The position numbers were made by a program, and so were the translations under genes. Under the pieces are notes generated by a model. That model ran no database searches and had not been told where the DNA came from. It saw nothing but the letters and a program-made list of their open reading frames with translations. Positions 11,179-22,019 of a DNA stretch of 64,000 nucleotides are shown here, piece by piece (within the stretch, counting starts at the first letter, position 1; each line of letters opens with the position of its first letter). The stretch comes from Octopus bimaculoides (lineage: Eukaryota): positions 31,549,094-31,613,093 of the forward strand of contig NC_069004.1 of NCBI RefSeq assembly GCF_001194135.2. The letters run 5' to 3'.

Positions 11179-11445
11179 GGACAAAAGGGTAGATTGGACT
11201 GGACAAAGGGGTAGATTGATCTGGACAAAGGGGTAGATTGGACTAGACAAAGGGGAAGATTGATCTGGACAAAGGGGTAGATTGGACTGGACAAAGGGTT
11301 TAGACTGGACTACAGAAAGGGGTAGATTGATCTGGACAAAGGGGTAGAGTGGACTGAAAAAAGGGATAGATTGGACTGGAGAAAGGGGTAGATTGGACTG
11401 GAGAAAGGGGTAGATTGGACTGGACAAAGGGACAGAGTTGACTGG
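11179..11445. repeat. 22-bp minisatellite in AQR intron
   Basis: About 12 units of GGACAAAGGGGTAGATTGGACT with a TTGATCT variant. Confidence 0.9.
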
Positions 11446-11459
11446 TAGATCATTGGAAT

Positions 11460-11924
11460 GGACAGACATATGGGTGGGGAAGAGGTAGATGGATAGAGAA
11501 TTCAGTAGAATGGATGAAATAGAAGAAGAATAAAATAGAGATATGGGTGGAAATGGAAGAGAAAGACAGAGACTAGGATGGAGAGAGATGTAACTGATTG
11601 AAGAGTGGTAGAAGGGAGAGGAATGGAAACAAAGCAGGCATGTGGGAGGGAAGGGATGGAGAGAGAGGCAGAGAAGGGGAAAGAAAAGTGAGGAAGAGAA
11701 AGAGAGAGATGTAAGGGGTGGAGAGGGAGAAAGAGAAGCAAAGATGAAGGAGTAGACAAAGGAAATGAGAGAGATGTGAGGGATGAAATGAAAGAGAAGT
11801 GAAAATGTAAGCAGAGATGTGTGGGAGTGGAGAGAAAAGGAGAGAAAGAGAGAGAGAGAAATGTGGAGGAGTGACCAGAGAGAGGAAGAGAGAGAGAAAG
11901 AGAAGCAGAGATGTGAGGAGTGGA

Positions 11925-11969
<45 letters not shown>

Positions 11970-12100
11970 ATGTGAGAGAGTGAACACAGCGAGAGAAAGC
12001 CAAAGATACAAGAGAGCAGACAGAGAAAGAGAGAAGGATGGACAAAGAGGGGAGGGGCACAGAGTAGAAAGGGAACAGAAACAAAGAACTGCATAAAACT
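11460..12100. repeat. GA-rich polypurine tract
   Basis: Low-complexity (GA)n/(GGA)n; explains the spurious 497-aa, 192-aa and 169-aa minus-strand ORFs. Confidence 0.9.
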
Positions 12101-12273
12101 GTACAAAAGAGTAATGTGGTCAGTGAGTGGACAGACAGTGGACACAACCATGTAGAGACAGTTACATAACAGGGCAGACGGAATGAAGTTTCTATTAGAC
12201 TAGTTTTTAATCCCTGAATGGCAATGGGGGTCCACCAGAATAAAATGTAATGGAAAAGGAACTCAAGACGTAC

Positions 12274-12451
12274 CTGTCTCAGGAATTTGTTCCAAAACAC
12301 TAAAATATCTTTTGATAAGGTTAAACAAAAAGCTGCACTCAAATTCGGATTTCTTTTTCTCTGCTTCGTCCAATTTGTTCTGACTTTTGCGAAGTAAATT
12401 GAAGAATTTCTTGTATTTTGGGAAAACACTGAACAGTTCTTCACATCGTCC
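12274..12451 (-). CDS. AQR: Aquarius coding exon 9
   Basis: GRCEELFSVFPKYKKFFNLLRKSQNKLDEAEKKKSEFECSFLFNLIKRYFSVLEQIPET(G); ccaacag| and |gtacgt; phase 0/1. Confidence 0.9.
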
Positions 12452-12494
12452 CTGTTGGTATCAAGAAAAATAAATAAAGTTTTATAGAATTGTG

Positions 12495-12860
12495 AAGGGA
12501 ACGTGTGGAAGGGGCAGACCCAGGAAGACATGGGACGAAGTGGTGAGAAACAACCTTCAAACTCTGGGCCCTGCAGAGGAGATGACAAAGGACTGAGACT
12601 TCTGGCAGTTTGCTGCGCTTGGGGTCGACCCGCAGGCAGGTCCTCTACACTCCTTTCTCAGCTGAGAGGCCCCAGTTTTTTGGGGGGGGTTTCTTTGCAG
12701 GCTCGTGGCTGCTGATGCCATGTAAAAACACCCATGCAAGGTCGCATAAAAGCGCTTGTGCCAGGGTCACGTAAAAACAGCCATGCTAGAGCCTGTGTAA
12801 AAGCACCTGTGCTGGTGCCACATAAAAGCGCCCACGCTGGTGTGTAGGCCACCGATGGAT
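12495..12860 (+). mobile_element. RTE LINE 3' fragment
   Basis: VKGTCGRGRPRKTWDEVV, followed by the typical ggcacgtaaaagcaccc repeats of the 3' UTR. Confidence 0.7.
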
Positions 12861-13247
12861 ACAATGTGACGACTAAGTGACCAAACGACAGTATGTAAGG
12901 TCTAGGTCGATCTCATCGACTGGCCCACTCTCTCAAAATTTCAGGCCTTGTGCCTAACGTAGAAAAGAATATTATATATTTATGCCATAGTCGAGTGGAG
13001 GCACATGGTTTAGTGGTTAAGGTGTTGGACTCATGATCATAAGATTGTGGTTTCAATTCCTAGACTGGGTGGTGGTGGTGCATTGTGTTCTTGAGCAAAA
13101 CACTTCATTTCACATTGCTCCAGTCCACTCAGCTGGTAAGAATGAGTAATCTTGCAACAGACTGGTCTCTTGTCCAAGAAGGAATATATATACGCCAGAG
13201 AAACAGGTCCTATGCTCTTTATGGAGTAATGCGAACTAACTACGTCA

Positions 13248-13324
13248 TAGCAAAAACTAATGTTATAACCTTATGTCATAGCAAAGACTAATGTTATAAC
13301 CTTATGTCATAGTAAAGACTAATA
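13248..13324. repeat. 31-bp tandem duplication (about 2.4 units)
   Basis: CATAGCAAA(A/G)ACTAATGTTATAACCTTATGT repeated. Confidence 0.85.
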
Positions 13325-13410
13325 TGATACAACAGTGTTACAGTAGTACACAAAATCAATATTACAAGGGGAGGATCAGGTCAAAAGAGAAAAATGATTT
13401 TGGTACTTAC

Positions 13411-13479
13411 AGGGAGAAGGTTTATCCAGATACTTAAGGACACCAATTGTTGAACCTGTTCACGGATCAAATCCACCTC
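13411..13479 (-). CDS. AQR: Aquarius coding exon 8
   Basis: EVDLIREQVQQLVSLSIWINLLP; ttgacag| and |gtaagt. Confidence 0.95.
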
Positions 13480-14280
13480 CTGTCAATTAAAATATTGATT
13501 TAGTTTAAAATGGGTCGAGTCTTTCTTTAATTCAAATTACCTAAATTACAATTTGAGTCAATTTATTTTTTTTAAATTGCTCAAAAACTGAAAATTGAGA
13601 AAATGTTATCATAGGTATGGCTGTGTGGTAGGAAGCTTGCTTCCCAACTACATGGTTCAGGGTTCAGTCCCACTGTGTGGCATCTTGGCCAAGTATCTTC
13701 TGCTGTAGCTTTGGGTCAACCAAAGCTTTGTGAATGGACATGGTAGGCGGAAACTGAAAGAAGCCTGTCATCTTTGTGTGTGCGTGTGTCTTTCTGTTTG
13801 TTTGTCCCCCTACTCCATCACTGTTTGACAACCGGTGTTGGTGTGTTTACATCTGTGTAACTTAGCAGTACAGCAACAGAGACTGGTAGAATAAGTCCTG
13901 TTCGACTAAAAATAACCATCAAGGCAGTGCTCCAGTATGGCTGCAGTCAAATGACAGAAACAAGTAAAAATAATATTAAAAAAAAAAAGGAATGAATAAA
14001 TCAATTTGTGTTCTATAAAAGTTGCTCACAATAAGCAGTGTTGTGATTGTTATTATTCTTCCTGTCAACAAGTAAGTCATCCATTTGCTTCACACCTTTG
14101 AAGACAGGTATAGATGAGGGTGAGCGACAGGAAAGGCATTTGGCTGTAAAACCATGCTGTAATAATATATTCATCTAACTCATGCTGGCATGGAAAAACA
14201 AATGTAAGACAAATAAACGGACAAGAACAATGATGATGATGATGATGATGATGATGGCAGCTGAAAAAGGAATCACTTAC

Positions 14281-14415
14281 CAAACTGTTGAAACAATGGA
14301 TGAGGAAGACTAAGAGCATGGATTGTTCTCGTAGGGAAAAGTTGGTCGCATTTATGCTGGCTTTTAGAACTTCTTGGAAGAATCCTGCAAAGTTTTCTGA
14401 TTTTGATTGAAAAGC
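14281..14415 (-). CDS. AQR: Aquarius coding exon 7
   Basis: AFQSKSENFAGFFQEVLKASINATNFSLREQSMLLVFLIHCFNSL; atttcag| and |gtaagt. Confidence 0.95.
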
Positions 14416-14844
14416 CTGAAATGTAGAAAGTTGAGGTGAGAAATAAACATGTTAAAGACAAAATACTGAGGTGAACGAAAACAGTGAACAAATACTGGGA
14501 AGGGAGGAGTGGTGTGAACTGTTAACGAACACTGGGGCTGAGGGTAGTGAACAAATTCCATTAACGAAGTGAAAGTGTGAACAAATACCAAGAAAGGAGG
14601 AGTTAGGGAGCAGTGAACAAATATGATGACCTGAATAAGGTCTTCACTCCTTAGATACAGTTCCTAATTTAAAGACAGAAGGGTGTTTATTGAGGGGATA
14701 TTTGGCTGAGTTATTCACTCTCTAAATATAACCCTGTCTTCAAGATGACAAACTGTTGATTGAGGAATATACATTCATAATCATCATCATTTAATCCATA
14801 TCAACCCACCGTCCTCGTTTGAGGACAGTTGTAGTTGGTTTATA

Positions 14845-15210
14845 GCGCAGCGAGCTGGCAGAATCATTAGCACGCCAGGCAAAATGCTTAGCAGTATTTC
14901 GTCTGCAGTTACATTTTGAGTTCAAATTCCGCTGAGGTTGACTTTGCCTTTCATCCTTTCGGGGTTGATTTAAATAAGTACCAGTTACACACTGGGGTCG
15001 ATGTAATCGACTTAATACCTTTGTCTGTCCTTGTTTGTCCCCTCTATGTTTAGCCCCTTGTGGACAACAAAGAAATAAGAATCGTTAGCACGCCGGGCGA
15101 AATGCTTAGTGGTATTTCGCTCATCTTTACGTTCTGAGTTCAAATTCTGCCGAGGTTGACTTTGCCTTTCATCCTCTCGAGACCGATTAGAAAAGTACCA
15201 GTTACGCACT
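14845..15210 (+). mobile_element. tRNA-derived SINE family B, two tandem copies
   Basis: GGCGAGCTGGCAGAATCGTTAGCACGCCGGGC head with GAGTTCAAATTC B-box. Other copies near 3345-3880, 4575-4850, 23565-23678, 45830-46460 and 57745-57950. Confidence 0.8.
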
Positions 15211-15239
15211 GCCTGAAACAGCCCTTGGTTCTATGATAC

Positions 15240-15840
15240 AAATTCTGACTTAAAGTGATCTAAATTAAAATCTTCCATCAAAATTTCATGTTAATTTGTG
15301 TTCCAAACATAAATGTAAATTAACACCAGTTTAATAATGACATGGTTATTTTACTAAATTCTTCAAAATTTTCAAAATCAATTCAAATAAAGGCAGTGGA
15401 TTTCAACAAGAATATGGCAACAAAAAGATGATCTAAATTAAAACTATCCATTAGAATTTTACGTTAATTTATGTTCCAAAAACCAGCTAAATAATGACAA
15501 ATTAATTTTATTAAATTCTTTATTATTTTCAAAATTAGTTGAAACAAAGCAGTGTATTTCAATAGAAATATGGTAACAAAAGGATTCCATCAAAATGACC
15601 AGGTTATTTTACGAAATTCTTCATTATTTCCAAAATGAATCAAAATAATGTATTTTCACGGAAGTATGGTAACAAAGGGATTAAAGTGATCTAAATTATA
15701 GCCTATCAAAATTTTGTTAATATGTCCCAAACATCAGCTTAATGATGACAAAGTTGTTTTAAAGAATTTTTCCTTATTTTCAAAATTAATTGAAACAAAA
15801 GCAATGTGTTTCAACAGGAATATGGCAGCAAAGGTTTTGG
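15240..15840. repeat. Degenerate tandem ~170-180-bp AT-rich repeat (MITE-derived)
   Basis: Recurring GATCTAAATTA...CAGAAATATGGTAACAAAAGG; another partial copy at 33600-33720. Confidence 0.65.
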
Positions 15841-15862
15841 ATTCGGTTGAGGTTTTGCTTAC

Positions 15863-15937
15863 CTCCCAAGCAGGAACTCTTTCTCGAAATTTCTCATTTA
15901 CCATTATGATGATGGAGATTAAATGACTTTTGGTAGC
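15863..15937 (-). CDS. AQR: Aquarius coding exon 6
   Basis: ATKSHLISIIIMVNEKFRERVPAWE; ccccag| and |gtaagc. Confidence 0.95.
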
Positions 15938-16165
15938 CTGGGGTGAGAAAGTGAAAGAAAACTGGTGAGATCATTCATGGTTTACATTAGAGGCTGAAAT
16001 AAAACTATCACAGCACAGCATGCACACCACAGCACAACATATCCTACTTCATTCTATCAAATGTACTTTCCCCAGGTTATTAAGTAGTCTCTGTACAATA
16101 TACACTCCAACACACATACTACAACATACGCACTAAAATATACAATACCATCAAACTATACATAC

Positions 16166-16211
16166 CGTTTCAGGATTATAGTTAGGCCAGAGATAACATT
16201 CCAGATATTGA
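16166..16211 (-). CDS. AQR: Aquarius coding exon 5
   Basis: QYLECYLWPNYNPET; actttcag| and |gtatgt; phase 2/0. Confidence 0.93.
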
Positions 16212-16289
16212 CTGAAAGTAAAAAAAATATTATTATATTAAAATACAACAGGTACTGATATTATTAATATTATCATCATTATTATTATT

Positions 16290-16808
16290 GAGTGAGAGAG
16301 CAGCACAGGTCATCAAAGTAACACTGGGGTGCAAAAAGATGAAGCTCGGTATACCCATCATGACCACCCATCTGATAAGGGTACACCAGGCACATACATC
16401 ACAACCATATGCGGGTGACATGGTGATCTCATATCAAGATAAACAGCACATGACTTTGCAGGTGGGGCCCAGTTAGGATTTTCTTCAGGTCGAGTAGCCC
16501 ATCCCACTCAAAAGGTCCCTGAATAAGGTTTGTTTAACGATAATGAACGAAACATCCATGTTTCCAGAGGTGAATTATCTAAACCTCAAAGAAATCCTCG
16601 ACACATGGCTATGATGCTCCCCCACTACTCCTGTTTGTGATCAGGGATGCACATATCGTCAGCCACTAAGGGACATGCTCAACTGGTTAAGGTCAAACAA
16701 CTGACAAGCAAATCTGTGGTACTGAGCAGAATGTTTGCTGAAGCCCATCTTTTATACCAAGAGAAAACAATGTACATAACATTTCCAATTAGTTAAGATC
16801 AAAAGCCT
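16290..16808 (-). mobile_element. Longest copy of the (AAT)n-flanked element
   Basis: (ATT)n on both sides; shares its 3' ~220-260 bp with the other two copies. Confidence 0.7.
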
Positions 16809-17049
16809 ATTATTATTATTACTAGCTGGCTCCATGCCGTCAAAAATGACAACTAATTGTAGTATTTTATATATAAATATGGATGGTAAATCAAATTAAT
16901 ACACTTGTCAAAGTGGCTGGGTTCCTTTCATGTGTTGGGCCTCATGGAGGCAAAGTGGCTTGTCAAACCCCTTGTCAATTTTGGTCAAAAACGATTCATA
17001 GCCGATTTCTCAAAACAATTATCGAAGAGTGGAAAATGGCTAAACTTAC

Positions 17050-17085
17050 CTGAATTCAAGGACCACAATTCTTCGGATCGAAAAT
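17050..17085 (-). CDS. AQR: Aquarius coding exon 4
   Basis: FSIRRIVVLEF(S); ttcccag| and |gtaagt; phase 2/2. Confidence 0.93.
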
Positions 17086-17674
17086 CTGGGAAAAGTAAAA
17101 AGAAATGAAAACAAGATTAATTCAGACTTGGAAATTTGATAACAAAATAACAAATAAAATGGAACATCTAATCCTTCAATATTCTTAGGTGGAGAATATC
17201 AACTTGAGAGATTAGTGTTTGACCCAGAGGGGAGATTTCATGGTGTAGACATAGCTGTGTGGTTAAGAAGCTTGCTTTGCAACCTTGGGGTTTTGAGTTC
17301 AGTCCCACTCAGCAGCACCTTGGGCAAGTGTTTTATAGTCTTATACTATAGCTGTGCACCGACCAATGACTTGTGAGTGAATTTGCAAGATGGAAACTGA
17401 AAGAAGCCCATTGTGTGTGCCAAAATTTGAAACCATTAATATTATTATTATTATTTTTTTTTTTTTCTAACATTGAAACAAAGGGCCAGAAATTTAAGTG
17501 GATGAATTTAGTCACCGTTATTAATTTTTGAAGAGTGAAAAGCAAAGTTGACCCCTCTAACAGGGTTTACCACTGAGGATGTAAAGGGGACGTAACTTAA
17601 CACCACAAGGCATTATGTTAGATGCTCCACCAATTCTGTTGCTCAGTGTTAGCTATGATAAACTGATTACTTAC

Positions 17675-17715
17675 TTTGTGGCAAGGATTTCCTTTTCATA
17701 AATATCTTCAATGAC
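17675..17715 (-). CDS. AQR: Aquarius coding exon 3
   Basis: VIEDIYEKEILAT(K); ctgtag| and |gtaagt; phase 0/2. Confidence 0.93.
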
Positions 17716-17832
17716 CTACAGAAAGAGAAATGTGGAATATAGTTTGTGAAATACATAATGGAATTTATGAATGTGGAATATAATTTATGAAATGTATACT
17801 ACAATGCATGAAATGTGGAATATAGACTATGA

Positions 17833-18432
17833 AACAGTGGTTTGGTAAAAGGGAAAAAGCTCAACCACAACTGAGAAGGGAACTTCATGGGAAAAAGGTT
17901 CTTCTCTCTATCTGGTGAGATTGCAAAGGAGTAATTCACTTTGAATTGTTACCACCTAATGCAACAATCAATGCTCACGTCTACTGTCAGCAATTAGAGT
18001 GCTTGAACCAAGAAAAAAAGACCTTTAGTGAATCGAAAAGGAGTGATGTTTCATCAGGACAATGTGAGACACCACACTGCAAAGATCACATCACAGAAGA
18101 TCGAAGAGCTTGGTTGGGAAAAAATTCCTCATCCACCTTATTCTCCCGACCTTGCCCCTTCAGACTACCATTTGTTTCGTAGTTTACAGAATCATTTGGA
18201 GGACATAACTTTCGCAAGTCTGGAGGAGGTCGAAACTGACATTTCAGAGTTCTTCACTTTGAAACCAAAAGAGTTTTACATTGATGGGATTAAAAAAGTT
18301 TGTAAATAGATGGAAGGAAGTCATAGATAATCAGGGGAAAATACATTGATGATTAAATTTCAATTAAATATAACATTTGATCACTTGTTTTCTTTATTCA
18401 AAATTCGGACAGAACTTATGGGATGACCTGAT
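17833..18432 (+). mobile_element. Mariner (DD34D) transposase remnant with 3' TIR
   Basis: KVLLSIW*DCKGVIHFELLP...GVMFHQDNVRHH...HPPYSPDLAPSDYHLFRSLQN; contains a stop and frameshifts. Confidence 0.9.
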
Positions 18433-18723
18433 ACATACACATACATAAATACACACACACACATATATGACAGATTTCTTTCAGTTTCTGTCAACCAAAT
18501 CGACTCACAAGGCTTAGGCCGGCCCAGTGCTATAGTAGGAAATACATAACCCAGTGGGACTGAACCCAGAAGCATGTGGTTAAGAAGCAAGCTTCTTACC
18601 ACACAGCCACACCTGCACCTATAAACATGTAATAATGAAACGAATGATGAATTAGTAAAGCACCCTCTCAAATTGGGTGGCCTTGGGACACAGCTTGTGG
18701 GGGTTAGTACTTGATTTTCTTAC

Positions 18724-18780
18724 CTTTGGTTTGAATGCTTTCCTTTCCAATGAATACGGGGACCAAAACTGGTTTGCCAA
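18724..18780 (-). CDS. AQR: Aquarius coding exon 2
   Basis: LANQFWSPYSLERKAFKPK; tttacag| and |gtaaga; phase 0/0. Confidence 0.9.
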
Positions 18781-18965
18781 CTGTAAACAGAAAATGAAAA
18801 GAATCAATGTTTATGTATTTGCAGGAGGCACAACAGGTTTGGAATCAAGGGTAATAATTCAGTACCCTTAATGCTTAAAATAGTTTCAAGTGTCTATCAA
18901 CCCCTCAGNNNNNNNNNNNNNNNNNNNNNNNNNNNNNNNNNNNNNNNNTGAAATAAAGCACATAC

Positions 18966-19034
18966 CTGTGTGATGACATCTTCTTGAATCTGTTCAACTG
19001 TGGGAGCTGGGCCTTTCCCACCAGAAGCTGCCAT
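18966..19034 (-). CDS. AQR: Aquarius RNA helicase, coding exon 1 (start codon)
   Basis: MAASGGKGPAPTVEQIQEDVITQ, similar to the AQR N-terminus (APTVSQI..VTQ). Acceptor ttccag|G lies 1 nt before the ATG; donor CAG|gtatgc. Confidence 0.9.
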
Positions 19035-19283
19035 CCTGGAATAAAAGTAAAACAAAACTTCATTTTAGTTTGGTAAAAACCCTCACAAATTAAATCAAAG
19101 ACTTTATTTACAATTGCAGCGTGGAAGGTGTTTATAAGCCATTTAAAATAACACACAAAAACCGTTAGATTCACTTTGTCATTTAAATTTAATTTGTCAA
19201 AATATTTTCGTCGCTTTGAGACCGTGACCTGTTCACTGACAAAATTCCGTGATGTTTCTAGAATTTAAAAATGATGAATCCAT

Positions 19284-19481
19284 TTAATCCATTGGCATAC
19301 AAGTCACCCATGTCTGATCCAAATATTCTTCCAGTTTTATATTCAAACTGTCCAGATCCAGCCTCTCACACCTACCCTACATTGTCATTAACATCTTGAG
19401 GATAATTGCATGAATAATCCAAAACAATGTGAATAAATACGCATTACATTTGGCAGAGTAATCTGAAGGCTAAAGGGTTAA
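19284..19481. mobile_element. piggyBac-like MITE (TTAA flanks)
   Basis: TTAA|tccattggcat ... ggctaaaggg|TTAA; related internal sequence (inverted) at 27060-27180. Confidence 0.55.
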
Positions 19482-19650
19482 ACTGCTGCTTAACTTGAAG
19501 TGTAGTTTGCTGTTAAGTTGGTTAAGGAAGTCAAGTTTTACCATCATCCTCATCAGCATCATCTCTTAATGTCCATCTTCCATACTAGCATGGTTTGGAT
19601 AGTTTCTCAACATCCAATGTGTTATGTTGGCTCTGTACCGATTAGATAAT

Positions 19651-19812
19651 ACAGTTCTAAATCTAAGAGATGAGGAATTATGTACATTATTTACATTTGA
19701 CAGATATTTGTCCTCATCTTGTTTGTTGTTAACACAACGTTTCGGCTGATATACCCTCCAGCCTTCATCAGATATCTTGGGGGAAATTTCGAACCTAGGT
19801 TCTCATTCCTAG
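19651..19812 (-). mobile_element. Penelope-like non-autonomous terminal-repeat fragment
   Basis: About 150 bp nearly identical (inverted) to 8453-8598; carries the hammerhead motif typical of PLE pseudo-LTRs. Confidence 0.6.
19731..19776 (-). ncRNA. Minimal type-I hammerhead ribozyme motif (Penelope-type)
   Basis: Minus strand GATAT-CTGATGA-A-GGCTG-gagggtatat-CAGCC-GAA-ACGT-T-GTGTT: full core, 5-bp stem II, palindromic ACGT helix III, wobble-paired stem I. Confidence 0.7.
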
Positions 19813-20211
19813 GGCGTCTCAGAACATTCAGAATGTGAATGTTCCGAGGCCTCTCCACCCCCGTTCGCGAGCGCGCGTTTTTTTCTTCATATTCGTTCGC
19901 AGCAAGTTGTTTTACACCTATTAGAATATTTTATTTTTTTAATTTCCTACCGGGTCCAACCCTTTAGTTTGACCAAAAGCACACGGTATACTCTGTAAAG
20001 TGGTTGGCGTTAGGAAGGGCATCCAGCAATAGAAACCTTACCAAAGCAGACAGCACGGATCGATGCACTCTTCCGATCTGCCAGTTCCTATGGAACCGTC
20101 CAACCCATGCCTGCCTGGAAAATGGACGGTAAATGATGTGCTCATGTCTAAGTATTTATGCAAGTATGTATGTTATGTGTGTGCATGTATTCATGTATGT
20201 ATAGGCGAATT

Positions 20212-20378
20212 GGCGATCTTACGTTACCAGTTCCAAAGCTGTCACTTAAGTGACACATATATACACGCATACATATACACTAACCCCACATACTAACCCT
20301 AACACTCTAGTGAAGATCGTGCGGATGTTAATCTGAAAGTCTAAGTGACATCTTTGGAACTGGTAACGTAAGATCGCC
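20212..20378. mobile_element. MITE with ~38-bp TIRs and a perfect 8-bp TSD (hAT-like)
   Basis: TIR GGCGATCTTACGTTACCAGTTCCAAAG..GTCACTTA; TSD GGCGAATT at 20204-20211 and 20379-20386. Confidence 0.85.
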
Positions 20379-20669
20379 GGCGAATTTGCAGAAAGGTTAG
20401 AGCAACGGACAGAATCGTTGCTATATTGGTTCCAGTTTTTACGTTCCGAGTTCGAGTCCCATATGACACAGGTACCAAGCCTGTAGTGGGGGAAACTTTC
20501 ATGAACGGGGAACTGGAACTCTGCCACAAGAAGAAAACTGTACCAAGTTCTCAAAGAAACCACAAAGTCCAGTGACACACACACACATTTACATACATAC
20601 AATTACATGAATATAAATGTTGAAGTAAGGACACAATTAAACCTTTTGCGATCAATCAATTATACATAC

Positions 20670-20830
20670 CTCGATATATCTGTAACTGTTCGACTATATA
20701 TATATTTATCTCTGTTTATATATGAGTATATGTATAAAAACTAACTAAAACCGGGCAAAACGAATAATTCGTAAACACCACGCTCCACACAAAGCGGAAG
20801 TTATCGACTGCGCATGACGCTGCAAACCGG
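20670..20830 (-). promoter_or_regulatory. AQR: Probable AQR promoter and non-coding exon 1
   Basis: The ATG exon starts with an acceptor, so an upstream exon is required. Strong donor GAG|gtatgt at 20670. CpG-containing stretch with an ETS-like GCGGAAGT and an NRF1-like TGCGCATG at about 20794-20820. Confidence 0.5.
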
Positions 20831-21067
20831 TGTCAATGAAATTGCCTTTTGCGAGTTCCTAGTAACATAAAAGGCCATAATAAGAATCACGGAAATGTCT
20901 TTCTGCCAGATTGGCGAGAGTCGTTGGTTATATAAGGACACAGATCGTGTCGTATAGCCAGCTGGAGACGATGTCTCCTGGGGCTAAATTACAGTAACAA
21001 TCGTCCTAAACCAGGACTGCCATGTTATGTTGGCAAACAATCTTTACTCCAAAGTACTGTTGCTGAG

Positions 21068-21420
21068 TGGAAGCGCAATGGCCCAGTGGTTAGGGCAGCG
21101 GACTCGCGGTCGTAGGATCGCCGTTTCGATTCCCAGACCGGGTGTTGTGAGTGTTTATTGAGCGAAAACACCTAAAGCTCCACGAGGCTCCAGCAGCGGA
21201 TGATGCTGAACCCTGCTGTACTCTTTCACCACAACTTTCTCTCACTCTTTCTTCCTGCTTCTGTTGTGCCTGTAATTCAAAGGGTCAGCTTTGTCACACT
21301 GTGTCACGCTGAATCTCCCCGAGAACTACATTAAGGGTACACGTGTCTGTGGAGTGCTCAGCCACTTGCACGTTAATTTCACGAGCAGGCTGTTCCGTTG
21401 ATCGGATCAACTAGAACCCT
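21068..21420 (+). mobile_element. tRNA-derived SINE family C
   Basis: Head GCGCAATGGCCCAGTGGTTAGGGCAGCGGAC...TTTCGATTCC with A and B boxes. Confidence 0.7.
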
Positions 21421-21585
21421 CGACAATAACTTGCTGAATATCTCTCGTTGTGAGATTTAAAAATAGTAATTTTCTAATATAATAATTGTTTGTTTTTGAG
21501 TCGGTCATATTGCTGACTTTTGTATATACTCCATTAACTCTTTGGATATTACATATTTTGTCCCTGAGATTGTCAGACTTTTTCT

Positions 21586-22016
21586 GGTATACCTGCAGAT
21601 GTGTCTCCACTCCGACTTTGTTTTCTCATAACCTTCAGAAAAATAGCTATTTTTAAATGAAATTTTCTACGAAATACCTTTCAGATGTTGTAGATTATAA
21701 TTATATCGGAATATAATGTGAAAAAGAAAACAAAATAATAATCGGTGGTTGCTCGCACATACAATCTGAGACACATCACATTTTTTTTTTTTTTCAACAT
21801 TTCAAGTTTTATTCTGTAGATGTACATGAGATAGGTGTCAGTATTTATGTGTGTGCGCCTATATTTTAAAAAAATTTACATTTAAATTACAATATAATCG
21901 TAATGTACACCATCTGAAAGGTGTTTGTAAAAAATTTCATAAAGAAATATCATTTTCTCTGAAAGCTATGAGGAAACAAAGTTGATGGTGGGGCGGCATA
22001 CTTCTATAGGTATGCC
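21586..22016. mobile_element. Old fold-back MITE with ~130-bp diverged TIRs
   Basis: 21586-21717 is the imperfect reverse complement of 21885-22016. Confidence 0.65.
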
Positions 22017-22019
22017 TTC

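Noticed and set aside
11095-12588. 497-aa minus-strand ORF
   Set aside because: Mostly minisatellite and GA-tract translation; it crosses real AQR exon 9 in the wrong frame.
20278-20305. TAACCC telomere-like motif
   Set aside because: Only one or two imperfect units inside a MITE; not an interstitial telomere array.
21407-21591. ORF VYQKKSDNLRDKI... as the missing last exon
   Set aside because: The acceptor comes from a MITE arm with purine-rich upstream sequence, and the stop lies in a SINE tail.
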